From assembly GCF_009914755.1 (NCBI RefSeq), contig NC_060930.1: DNA of 64,000 nucleotides; one strand, 5' to 3'. Below, piece after piece: positions 33,039-45,579 of the stretch. Source of the DNA: the human T2T-CHM13v2.0 reference genome, Homo sapiens. A model generated the notes under the pieces. That model made no database searches, was not told the origin of the DNA, and worked only from the letters and a program-made list of their open reading frames with translations. Position numbers and translations under genes: made by a program. Numbering within the stretch: position 1 is the first letter of the stretch; each line of letters opens with the position of its first letter.

Positions 33039-33475
33039 CTAGGAGTGGGGTGCTGGTGGGGCAGGGCACGGGTAGAAGTGAGGTGTGGGTAGGATCAGGG
33101 TATGCGTAATATTGAGGTGCTGTTGGAGTGGGCCGTGGGTAGCATGGGGTGCTGGCAGGGCTGGGCGTGGGTAGGAGCGAGGTTTGGGTAGTGGCTGGTG
33201 CTGCAGTGGTGAGCCATGGATAGGAGCGGGGTGCGAGTAGGGGCGGGGCTCAGGTGGAGTAGGGTGACTGCTGGGCCAGGCATGTGTAGGATGGGGTGCT
33301 GGCAGGGCAGGGCACTGAAAGGAGCAGAGTGTGGGTAAGATTGGGGTTCTAGTGGGGCAAGCATGGGTAGGATAGGGTGCTGCAGGGCGGATAGCAGCCG
33401 GGTGCTGCTGGGACAAGCACAGGTAGGAGAAAGGTCCAGGTAGGAGCTAGGTGCTGTGAGGTCGAAAGCAGGTAG
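33039..33475. repeat. Degenerate G-rich repeat (gggtagga..gggtgctggcagggc motifs); continues at 34233-34300
   Basis: Many ggtagga-like and ggtgctg motifs with strong G-strand skew. Confidence 0.7.
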
Positions 33476-34232
33476 TGTGTCCGGAATTGGTTCTTTTTGG
33501 TGGGTTCTTGGTCTCGCAGACTTCAAGAATGAAGCCGCAGACCCTCGCGGTTAGTGTTACTGTTCTTAAAGATGGTGTGTCTGGAGTTTGTTCCGTCAGA
33601 TGTTCAGATGTGTCCAGAGTCTTTTCCTTCTGGTGGGTTCGTGATCTTGCTGACTTCACAGGAGTAAAGCTGCAGACCTTCGCAGTGAGTGTTAACAGCT
33701 CTATCAAGGTGGGGCGTCCAGAGTTGTTTGTTCCTCCTGGTGGGTTCATGGTCTGGCTGACTTCAGAATAGAAGCCGCAGACCTTCGCAGTGAGTGTTAC
33801 AGTTCTTCAAGGTGGTGCGGACCCAAAAAGTGAGCAGCAGCAAGATTCACTGTGAAGAGTGAAAGAACAAAGCCTCTGCAGCATCGAGGGGTACCCAAGC
33901 AGGTTGCCACTGCTGGCTCGCATGGCCAGCTTTTCCCTTATTTGGCCCTGCCCATGTCCTGCTGATTGGTCCATTTTACAGAGAGCTGATTGGTGCGTTT
34001 TTACAGAGTGCTGATTGGTGCATTTACAAACCTTTAGCTAGACACAGAGCACTGATTGGTGCATTTTTACAGAGTGCTGATTGGTGCACTTACAAACCTT
34101 TAGCTAGACACAGAGTGCTGATTGGTGCGTTTTTACAGTCTGCTGATTGGTGCATTTACAAACATTTGGCTAGAGGGAAAAGTTCTCCAAGTCCCCACCC
34201 AACCCAGAAGCCCAGCCGGGCTTCACCTCTCA
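33476..34232 (-). mobile_element. Complete short-type LTR12 solo LTR
   Basis: tgtgtccggaattgg...cttcacctctca; seven ATTGG (CCAAT) boxes; 4-bp TSD GTAG at 33472-33475 / 34233-34236. Confidence 0.95.
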
Positions 34233-34300
34233 GTAGGAGCGGGGTGCAGGTAGGATCAGGGTGCTGGAGGGGCATGGGAGGGTAGGACAGAGTGCGGTAG

Positions 34301-35629
34301 TGAGAGGTGACAGAGTGCTGGCAGCCCTCACTCGCTCTCGGTGCCTCCTCGGCCTCGGCGCCCATTCTGGCTGCGCTTGAGCAGCCCGTCAGCCCAGCGC
34401 TGCACCGTGGGAGCCCTTCTCTGGGCTGGCCGAGGCAGGAGCCGGCTCCCTCAGCTTGCGGGGAGGTGTGGAGGGAGAGGCAGGGGCAGGAACTGGGGCT
34501 GCGCATGGCACTTGTGATCTAGCTAGAGTTCCGGGTGGGCGTGGGCTTGGCGGGTGGGCGTGGGCTTGGTGGGCCCCACACTCAGAGCTGGCTGGCCGGC
34601 CCCACCAGCCCCAGACAGTGAGGGGCTTAGCACCCGGGCCAGCAGCTGTGGAGGGTGCTCTGGCTCCCCGAGCAGTGCCGGCCCACCGGTGCTGCGCTCA
34701 ATTTCTCACTGGGCCTTAGCTGCCTCCCCACGGGGCAGGGCTCGGGACCTGCAGCCCACCATGCCTGAGCCTCCCCCCAGCCGCCGTGGGTTTCTGAGCA
34801 GCCTGAGCCTGCCCAAGGGGTGCCGCCCCCTGCTCCACAGCACACAGTCCTATCGATGCTTAAGGGCTGAGGAGTGCTGGTGCGTGGTGTGGGTGTGCAG
34901 TGTGGGACTGGCGGGCAACTCTGCCCACGGCCCCAGCGCAGGATCCACTAGGCAAAGCCAGCTGGGCTCCTGAGTCTGGTGGGGACTTGGAGAACTTTTA
35001 TGTCTAGCTACAGGATTATAACACCAATCAGCACTCTGTGTCTAGCTAAAGGTTTGTAAACGCACCAATCAGTGCTCTGTGTCTAATCTAGTGGGGACTT
35101 GGAGAACTTTTGTGTCTAGCTAAAGGATTGTAAATGCACCAATCAGCGCTCTGTGTCTAGCTCAAGATTCCTAAATGCACCAATCAGCACCCTGTCAAAA
35201 CGGACCAATCAGCTCTCTGTAAAATGGGCCAATCAGCAGGATGTGGGTGGGGTCAGATAAGGGAATAAAAGCGGGCTGCCGAGGCAACCGTGGTAAGCTG
35301 TGCTTGCATCATGTTTGGAAACTGTCGTACTGCGCGAAGCTTTGCAGCTTCCCTCCTTAAAGGCAGTGAGATGGCAAACCCACTGGGAGGAATGAGAAAC
35401 TCCAGGCGCACCACCTTAAGAGCTCGTGACACTCACTACAAAGGTCTGCAGCCACTCCTGAAGCAAGCGAGACCACAAACCCACCAGCAGAAAGAAACTG
35501 AACACGTCCAAACATCTGAAGGAACTAGCTCCAGACACACCATCTTTAAAAACTGTCACACTCACTGTGAAGGTCTGCGGCTTTATTCTTTTAGTCAGTG
35601 AGACCAAGAACCGACCAATTCCAGACACA
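34301..35629 (+). mobile_element. Complete long-type LTR12C/E-like solo LTR
   Basis: Starts tgagaggtgacagagtgctggcagccctc; GC-rich U3; six CCAAT boxes at ~35020-35240; gataagggaataaaagc; ends ccaattccagacaca. Confidence 0.95.
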
Positions 35630-36949
35630 AGACCATCTCATCTCAAGAGACCAGGACGTCCAGGCACCCCTAGAATGTAGCTGCTGGCAGAGCCTGAAGT
35701 CTATCCAGCTCATGCTCTTCCCTGATATCCTTGACAGATTGTGGGATGGTTCAGCCTCTGCAAGGACATGGCCAATGATGGGGGGCTGGTTTTGGGGGCA
35801 GCACTCTAGGCAAGGGAAGAAATAAAGTGTCTGGGAACTGGCGTGGTGAAGGGGCACTTTGTGGAGAAGCTGTGTTCACATTTGGATGTGTCGAGGGTGG
35901 AATGATATGAGGAAAGTCAAAGGGTGCCCACCCCCAGAGCCTAGGTGTGGGCACAGCACTGCACCACGCCTTAGGGGAGATTGGACTCTGGGCAGAGATC
36001 CCAAGAGAAGCAGGAGTTGGAGTCTTGGGGGCCAGTGTGATAGGGAACTAACTTTACTTTAAAGCCAATTTGTCAGTAAGAAAAAACGAGGTGCACCTTG
36101 TAGGAGAAAAAGTCACAAGCTTGGTGTGCTTGAAGTCACAAGCCTTGCTGTGCTTGGTGAGAGGGATCCCGAGTGTACTTGAGGCACTCTCCTGTTTAAA
36201 AGGGGAACGGTGGTTTTCTTTTCTCAGTGTAGGTTAGTGTAAAAAATCTGCTTTGTAATTGCATAAGGTCTCAGCACAAACAAAATCACAGAAAATGTGA
36301 AATGTATTATAACAGTCAACTTGCTTAGAATGTAGTTGAACCTGCATGCAGTATTGAGACACCAGACAACTGTTTTCAGTCTCCACATTTCTTTCATTTC
36401 CTTTATGAAAGTTACATTAAGAAAAAAAATAACTCCCTTGAGTATTCTGATATTTTCGGTGAGTGAAACAGTAATCTCAGCAAAGTTCAATCTTGGTATC
36501 AGACAGAATTTCAGGTTGTTTCATCTAATTGCCACTTAATACCAAAGACATGATGTTTATTAGCATGTATTTCTAATGAGAAACTATTATAGTCGTCCTC
36601 AATTGTCTGAAATATGAAGCGGAAAAAGAAAATTATGAGCCCCAGATACCAGACCAGTTGCTGATCAGATAGAATATCGTGGTTCCAGCATATTATGAAA
36701 TAAAAATTCAAAGACTGAATACCATGCAAAAGGTCAATATTCGGCAGCATCTGAGAAGTCATACATCTAGATAGACCTAAACTATAAGTGCAGAAGTGCT
36801 ACAGTAAACTATATGGGCTTTCTACTAAGTACTGGCTAATTTTAAAACATACTGAAATTTATATACATTAGTCTTTGTTATAAGAATTGAGAATCCGCAT
36901 TGTATTATAAAGTTGATCTACAACAGTCACTTTATTATAAAATATTTTC

Positions 36950-37325
<376 letters not shown>

Positions 37326-40300
37326 TCAATAAGCACATGGTGATGACCCAGGTCAGTCGTGGCAAGGTTGGGGAATTAGAACAAACCTCTGTGGCAAACA
37401 CAGATTATAGCTTGAAGTGAGCATCACGGATTTCTACAACAAACACTCTGACAAATATTTCCTGTGATAAACATCCACGTTCTCGAGGTGGGACAATTAA
37501 CCCAAACTTTCCAAATTACATAAAAACTTTTGCTCTATCTAATTAAGCTGATAAATTCATTATTTTAAATGACAACATACAAAAGAAGTATAGATTTTTA
37601 CTTAAAACGTATTGGATATGTGGGTATTCTCTTGTCTTTCTAAGCAAATGCTAATATCAGTTCAGTGCTTAACAATGTCAGCAGCAACTGGGCCCTCTAA
37701 GTCTCCTGCTACTGAAGTTTGAGGGATCAAGCCTCACCGTAATTTTGACAAAGACTAAATTCAAGATGTCTGAGGCTTACAATTTTCTTATTCTACTTAA
37801 TGAGGTAGAGAAGTTCATTTGGAATTGAGCACTCCATTAGACTGTTTCAGCTAAATTTCAGGTGGCATTTTCTAACAATAAGAGCTGTTGATGCTTTGGA
37901 AGGCAACAGGTTTGCTTCACTGGAAGTGATGATGGCCTTCCAGAAAGGGTGAGGCAAGGTTTTCTAAGATCTCATCCAACTAAATGATTCAGAAAGCGCC
38001 AGCCTGGGGATTCCAGGTGCTTGTGACTCGGGGATCTTTCTGCCATCCCACCTCACCTGTTAGTCACCTTTTGAAATTGGGTATGATTGAAATGGAGTTT
38101 AGGGAATGCTGTAATAATATATCTCTTGCTTGCCTAATTCACAGAAACGTGCACAGGCAAACTGTGATGCTAAGTGGGGGCTTTGATCCTTTGATGCCGG
38201 GCCCTCCTCCCACCCGGAGCCATACCTATTTCTCCCTTGCCCGTTCTCCTGCCTCTGCGTTCAGATGTGCTTCAGGCCTGAGACAGGAGGAACCTATCAA
38301 TGAAGGAGGAAATGTTCCCCAGCTCCTCAAACACGAGGCCTCCTTCTGCAACTCAACTTTCTGCTCCCAGGACAGGATAATCTGAAGACCCCACCGCTTC
38401 ACCTCATCTGAAGACTCAGTTAAAGAGGAGCGGGCAGGCAGCTGGGGGATTCATTCTCTGGGAGTGGGAGCAGAAGGGAGCCCCTTGTCTTGTTTTTGTT
38501 CCTTCCCAGTTGACCCACAGCTGGAGTGCGGGCTGGGCAAGTAGGTGCTGGGCAACTTCTGGGGAGACTCAGGCCTCCTTATTGGCCATCACAAAGCCCC
38601 AGAGAAAAAGATGCTTCCAAAAACTGCAAGATAAGAGGAACAGGTAAAGGTCATGGGAGGATTAAGTAGAGCACAGCAGGCTGCTTCACGAACCCTCTGT
38701 GGCCTTCCCCAGGTGGGCCAGCATGGCAGCTGCTAACATTGAGTCTAGGCCATCAGGCAAGGTGAATTAGGGACAGTACCAGTGGGGAAAGTACCTCGGT
38801 GTAGCCCATGCACCGTCTGCCACCCACCCACGAAGTTCAACCTCTTCTAGTGCTCTTTTCTGTTTTCATGGTCCTGGAGTGACTTGACCTCATTTAGTCA
38901 TTCTATGATTATCCCATTTACAGGCAAGGAGCATTTTTATTGTTGTTGATGCTCTTAACTCTAGCAAGCTATGAATTTAGGACGTGTCTGTGCCCTTTGG
39001 CAAACTTACTGTCTCCTTAGGAATTTTGTGCCCGATTTCTTTTGCTCTTCCAGACTGCTGCCCATGCTCCTCTGCCCTGCCGAGCACTCTGGGAGATGGA
39101 CCTGGTTGGACACTAGAGCTCCACCCTGCAGCTTCCAGGTGGGCTCAGTAGATGGAGATCCTGGAGGAGACTGTAGAGCAGCTGCTGGCACAGTTGTCCT
39201 GGAGCTACCTGGGCCCAGATGCCCCAGCTCTCTCCATGCAGACCATTCTACCTACCTCTCCTCTCATACTGGGCTCTCCGTGTAGGTAAGAGTGGTACAA
39301 GCTTCCCTGTCACATGGGTAGGAGTCAACTTCCCTTTCCTTTGTGGTGCTAAACCCCCCGCCACACCTCGAGTAAACAGGGCCCTTTCTAAGCCCAGCTC
39401 CTGTCTTGTCTGGGCACAGCATGTGTTTTCTCCTGGGACCCTGAAGCACACATCCATTCTACTCATGTAAAACAGACAGCTGCATAAGAGAAAATAATAT
39501 ATTCACGTGTACAGCTGTTGGCAAGAAGTCTTCAGAGATGGAGAAACCGATGAAGAATCTTGCTGCAAGATCCCAACCTATGCCAAGGGCCACTGCGAGG
39601 AGCCAGCATGGACACGAAATTCACACCCAGGGCAGCTCCTGTGTCTTCTGAGCCTTCTCATGAGGGCTGCAAGCACAGTGGTCTGGTACTGCCTGCCTGT
39701 AATGTTTTCTTTTAGAATAGACCCTGTGTGTAGATGAAAGAGCATTCGACATCATTACTACGTGGGATGCTGAGAACCAGGTGTTTTCTTCTCTGGGCAT
39801 AAGCTCCTGAGGCTCCCGAAAGTCTCATCCTCCTGGGCCGAGGATGCTGAAGGGAGCAGTGGGATGGAAGGCGGGCCCAGAAAGCACACGGGCAGGCAGA
39901 ATCTGCTCTGCCCAGCTCCAGTGTCTTGTCTTTACTGTGCTCACCGTATGTTTTCAGAAAGACAGGCCAAGAACAAAAGTGGGAGCCACCTAAATGTCCA
40001 ACCATGATGGTCCATGAACACAGTGGAATGTGCAAGATAATTGTGAAAATTGTGCGGAAGTATGGGGAACTGCTTAGGATACACAGTTAAGTGAATAAAG
40101 CAGCATGTTAAGTGTTATATATGCCATGGTTACAATTCCAAAAATATGTATGTACATAGGCAAATTCTGGAAGAATAAAACCAGAAGAAAATGTTGTATT
40201 AAAGTGATAGCATCATGGATGTATATAGATAGCCTTTGATGTCTTTGTTGGAAGAGGCCATCCTTGCACCCTGTCCCTTGCTGAGCATGCCACAACTGCA

Positions 40301-40653
40301 AGGCCCTGAGTGTCCCTTAGCTGGCCCATTTCTCAGGTCCAGCTGATAACTCTGAGAGGTGAGGTAACATTGACCCCTCCCCATGATCCTCCAGGCAAAC
40401 AGCAGGCTGGCTTCTGGCTTGCTGTAAGCACAGCGCCTTCTCCAAGCTCCACGCTTCACGCTGCACACACGGCATTCATCTGAGCCTGCTGTGTCACCTG
40501 TGAGGGAACTGGGACTGAGGGGAACTGACGCAGAAGTGCGGCTGGACATAACATCCAGGAAACAGTAGCAGGTTGACTGAATAGCTTCTAAGAAGGATAA
40601 AATCAAATCCCAGATGACAGTCTTAATAAGGTTGCGATACCAATTTGAAATTA

Positions 40654-40923
40654 CAGTTGACTCTTAAACACCGGTTTGAACTGTGAGGGTCCACTTAGAG
40701 ATGGATTTTTTTTTCCAAAAAATACAGTCCGTGGGTTTTGTATCCACAACCAAACACAGATAGAAAATATAGTATTCTCAGGATTTAAATCTGCCCGTAC
40801 GGAAGCCTGGCTTTTCATAACCTTGGGTCCCCAGGACTCACTATGGGACTTGAGTATGTGCAGATTTTCATGTCTTACCCATGGCCCTGGAAGCAATTTC
40901 CTACAGATTCCCAGGGATGACTG
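40654..40923. mobile_element. TcMar-Tigger MITE (MER8/Tigger2-like)
   Basis: ta|cagttgactctt...agggatgactg|ta TIRs with TA TSD. Confidence 0.75.
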
Positions 40924-42086
40924 TATTTGCCTAATGTTTCTTTCCCAGCAGACTCATGTCTGTCTTGTGCACTGCTGTGTTCCTGGCACCATGGGGGAGC
41001 GTGGTGCAGAGCAAGTTTCCTCAGATGGCCCTTTGTGGATGGACTACAGGAGCAGAGATGTGCAAGAAGCAAGTTTCAGAAGGAATTCAAACCAAAATGT
41101 AGAGTTTGAAGGCAACAGTGACCTTTGCAATCATACCTCCCTGTTATTCAGTAACAAAGCCACCACCATGTATCAAGCACCCACAGGCCACACCTGTCTT
41201 CTGGACGATTTTCGGGGCATCATATTTCAATGTTCTGTCCATTTCCAGGCACAAAGTGCTTTCACTCACATTCGGTCCTTGCTGCAACTGCAAGCCACTG
41301 AAGACAGGTGTGTCTGATCCCAACGTGGAGCCCACAGTAACAGCAAGCAGCGACTGTTGCTTGTGCAGGAGGCCCTGTGTGCCACATGTTGCTCTTCACT
41401 ACTGATCAGGGCTGTTTACGTGGGTCCCATCACAGCTGCTCTGTGACTAGGGAACTTGACGTCTCCATTTTTCAACTGAAAACACAGAAGTACAAAGGGG
41501 TTCACCACCTTGTCCACGGTTGCCCTGCTTCTAACTGGTCATGTTGGAATAAAAACAAGCAACTGTCATCCGGGATATTAACCACGCAGGCTGTGGTGTT
41601 GCAAAGCAGGGGAGCACGGAGCAGGGAGCATACCACCCTGCTGAGATCAGCTCACTCACAAGTGGCAGGGCTAGGGCTGCAGTGCAGCTCACTTACGGGC
41701 ACTGTGTAAGCCTGAAAGCAAAGTCCACATCCAAAGGTCGTAGTGGCCCCAAAACAGCTTCCTGACCTGCTTCTGTGGTCCCAGACCTCTTGCTGCTGAG
41801 GTACCTTAGCTTTCCAATTACTCTTGCCAATTCTGCCTGCCCAGTACTGCTAAAAGGCCACTTCCCTCCGTCCCATGGCCTCAAACACACTTCAGAGAGA
41901 ATTTCTGGGCACTTTCAGAAGGCTGGTCACTACAGCACAAAAGAAGTCAAAGTTATCGCGTTAGTGCTCCCAAATCTGAGGCACAGTTTGGAGATGGGGG
42001 CTCTGAGTCAAGGGGCAGGCTGGGGACTGTTCCGGTGCCTGTGACTATGGGACTGAGTCAGTCACAGCCCCTCTCATTTTCACCAG

Positions 42087-42714
42087 TGAAGGACATAATG
42101 TATACAGTGTTCCATTTCCAAGACAAAGTGCCTTAAATTGGCTTAGGTCAGCAGACTACAGAAGAAACAGGATATTCGAGGCCCCTGCTTGGATAGCTGA
42201 TGCCTGCTTGTAGGCCTCCCCCTTTCCCCGCTTACCCCCCATTAGTTGCCTTCACCAGAACCGAAGAAGTTTAGTCTAAAATGAAAGCTTACTACTAGCC
42301 TGCAAAATAGCTCCCTTTGTCTGTTCTTATCAGCCAGCCCAGCTACTTAGGTCGTAAGTGAAATACTTGAAGAGCCCCTGAGCTGACTAGGATTGCAATG
42401 CATTGTGGGCTGTGACAAAATGCAGCAAGACAACCCTAAAAACAAACAAACAAACAAAAACACCTAAAGCCCCTGCCTAACAATCAATAGGTGACGTCCA
42501 GGAAGGTTGTGACCCCATAGTACTCAGCCTGTGGGAAACTGGGGGAGGAGCCTGCACACTAGCGGACAAATTGCTTGTTGAAACTGCTGGGTGTGCCTGT
42601 CCGTCAGACACCCGATTTTGCAAGACTGACTGTTTATTAAAAATCTCACTTTCGCTGTTCTCTGGGTCTCTGAGTCCATTCTTCGGGTTTGGATGGGTGA
42701 GTTTGTTTCTTACG
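42087..42714 (+). mobile_element. ERV1-class solo LTR, family not resolved
   Basis: Starts TG; attaaa polyA signal; U5 end gtctctgagtccattcttcgggtttggatgggtgagtttgtttcttac. Confidence 0.7.
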
Positions 42715-43197
42715 CCTAGTGAGGGACTGGGCCAGGCAGTCTCTTGAGGTCCTCCCTCTGCTTCTCATAAGACATCTGTTGTATCTCTTCCTCTCCTCAT
42801 CACACACTTCTGTGACTCCCCTTGAAAGACAAGAGCATGTTCAGTCCCCATCAGACATGGACAGTCAGTGCTTCCTTGCCCCGAATTTCTTCCCCTTGCC
42901 CTTGGCCACCCTAGACCCCTGGGCTTTCCCAGTAAGTCACACATCAAAACCTTCCTGCCATGTGTTTATAGGATTTTATATTTTGATTATGGAAGTTAAA
43001 AGTGTAGTGATCCAGTTAACATTTTATTTCTTCCAGAAAACTTAAGGCTTTAACTCTGTCAAAATATGTGCATTATGAAAGGTTCATATCCCCCAATATC
43101 TGCATCCTTAGAAATAAGAGCTTAGCCACTGTTGTATAGATTAACTTTGGCAGTGCCAGCCCTTTATTTGTATATGGAGCACAGGAGCCTGAATTAG

Positions 43198-43532
<335 letters not shown>

Positions 43533-43898
43533 TAAACACTTATTTTTTAACACTATTGTCCCAGGCACTGTACTAGGTGCCAAGAAAACAAAAATGAACA
43601 CAGAAAAAATATATACTCAAGTTATTCATGGTCTAGAGAAAAAGACAGACGTACGTGAATTCTTAGGCAATATGTGCCTGATACATCAACACGCATAAGC
43701 GTGTGATAAACCACAGGGAGACTTGGGAAGGCTTCACGAAGGAGGGTGCCTGAGAGCTGAGGGCTCCATCCGAATTTCAGCCTCCAGGTGGTTCCCCGAC
43801 TCCTTTCCCCACAGCTCTGGGCTGGAGTTGACAGATGGGTCGGTCAGCTAGCGTGGGCGAGACCATAGTCTCCACCTCACTGTCCAGTGGCCAGGGAC

Positions 43899-43912
43899 CC
43901 GCTAGAGGGAGC
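43899..43912 (+). promoter_or_regulatory. Candidate CTCF site CCGCTAGAGGGAGC
   Basis: Motif match only. Confidence 0.4.
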
Positions 43913-45178
43913 CAGATGATTGTGGGAGAAGCAGGCCTTGCCACAGCCTCTTTGGTGTGGTGAGAAAATGTTTCTGTTTTAACAAAGTTGTACCCAACTC
44001 CTAAGCGTCACACATATAATCCTGCAAATCCGAATCCTACCAATCAGCAGGCACGGGTTCATCTCTACATCAGCTTCCCTTATTTGATGTACGGATGAAC
44101 CCCACACTTGCTAATAGTACCTGAGTGTGGGCAACACTTCCAGATCTTTCCATAAAATTCAGCACAAGGGCCCTCATGGGTAAGGTGGCTTCCTCATTTG
44201 AATACAGATTCTCACATTGACATGGCCCTACCTCTGAGGATGACTTTTGAAGGACACAACAAGCCTCTGAGGCCTGTCACTGAATTCCTGTTATTTCAGA
44301 ACACAGGGTTTTTGTGTGTGTCTTCTTCCTCCCCTGCCATGTTTCAGGGAAAGGGAATTCAACGTAAAGGGGCCCTTTGCAAAACATACCTTGCAGATGG
44401 ACCCATCAGAACTGCCTAGGTCTTCCATTTGGGGGCCGGTTCCCAGGCTGACAGATCTGTGACTCTGTAAATGAGTAAGAACCTGAATGTGTCACAGAAA
44501 ATTCTTCCTGGTCCATAGACTGAATGAAGCAAATGTGAGGTGTGGTTGATCATCATGAAGTTTCTAAGAGTAAAAGAGAGAAAGCAAAAAAGTACATCTT
44601 GTTCTCTTCAGCTCAGTGGCTGGATTTAAATTCAGTCTCCACATAAAACTTCAGAAACGGCCCCTGCCCTAGGACAATGGCCAAAATAACAAATAGCTGA
44701 AAATCTCCTTTCACTCTGAAGGCCAGTCCTTTCCCCCTGGGCAGCCCCCTCTCCTTCGGAGTGGGGAGGCAAACCTCCCGGTTGGACTGGAACTCCCGGG
44801 GCGTTCAACAGCAACGGGGCGGCCTGCTCCCACTTGCTTTGTCCCCAGGGTTTCAACCCTCTCAACAGTTTCTTCTCGTTGCTTCTGTGACTGTTTTTTT
44901 TGTTTTTTTTTCTGCCCTGTCCTACCTCTGTGACTGTTTTCTGCCACCTTTGTTAATACTTCCCCTTGCCAGCTCCAATTTTAAGTGTCCCCTGAGACTG
45001 GTAACTCACTGCTTTGTGCCAGGAGGTTCCTTGGCTCCAATCAGGGGTTCCTGACAGCTCCCACATTCCAAGCTGGACCCCTCCTCAGCAGGTCCCACCC
45101 CACACAAGCTCTCTTCTTCAAACCGGCTGGCTTCCCCAGCCCCTAGCCCTCTGAGGCCATCACCCTTTCATAGGCATC

Positions 45179-45579
45179 TGTGTGTGTTTGTCAGAGCTGT
45201 AAAGAACCACAAACCAGGGGGCCTAAGATCTCGGAAACTTTATACTTTCACGGTTCTGGAGGCAAGAAGTTTGCGAGCAAGGTGCTGGCGGAGTTGGAGC
45301 CTCTGAGGGCTTCTAGTGGTTTGCTAGCCATCTTTGTGTTTGCCATCTCTGCCTTCATCTTCACATGTTCTCCGTGTGTGTCCATGTCTCCAAATTTCTC
45401 CTTTCCGTAAGGACACCAGTCATATTGGATTAAGGCCCACCCTAACGCTTCATTTTTACTTGATTACTTCTGTAAAGACACTGTCTCCAAATAAGGTCAC
45501 ATTTTCAAGAACTGCTTTGAACTTCAACATAGAAACTTTCTTTTTCGAGGAAAAGAGAATCAGGATTCAACCCAGAACA
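45179..45579 (-). mobile_element. MLT1 (MaLR) solo LTR
   Basis: cacggttctggaggcaagaagt, aaggacaccagtcatattggattaaggcccaccc, tctccaaataaggtcacatt. Confidence 0.85.

Noticed and set aside
33039-33526. Pro/His-rich minus-strand ORFs
   Set aside because: Translation of the C-rich strand of a low-complexity repeat.
40676-41317. Longest ORF in the window (213 aa)
   Set aside because: Non-ATG start inside a Tigger MITE; no recognisable domain or exon structure.
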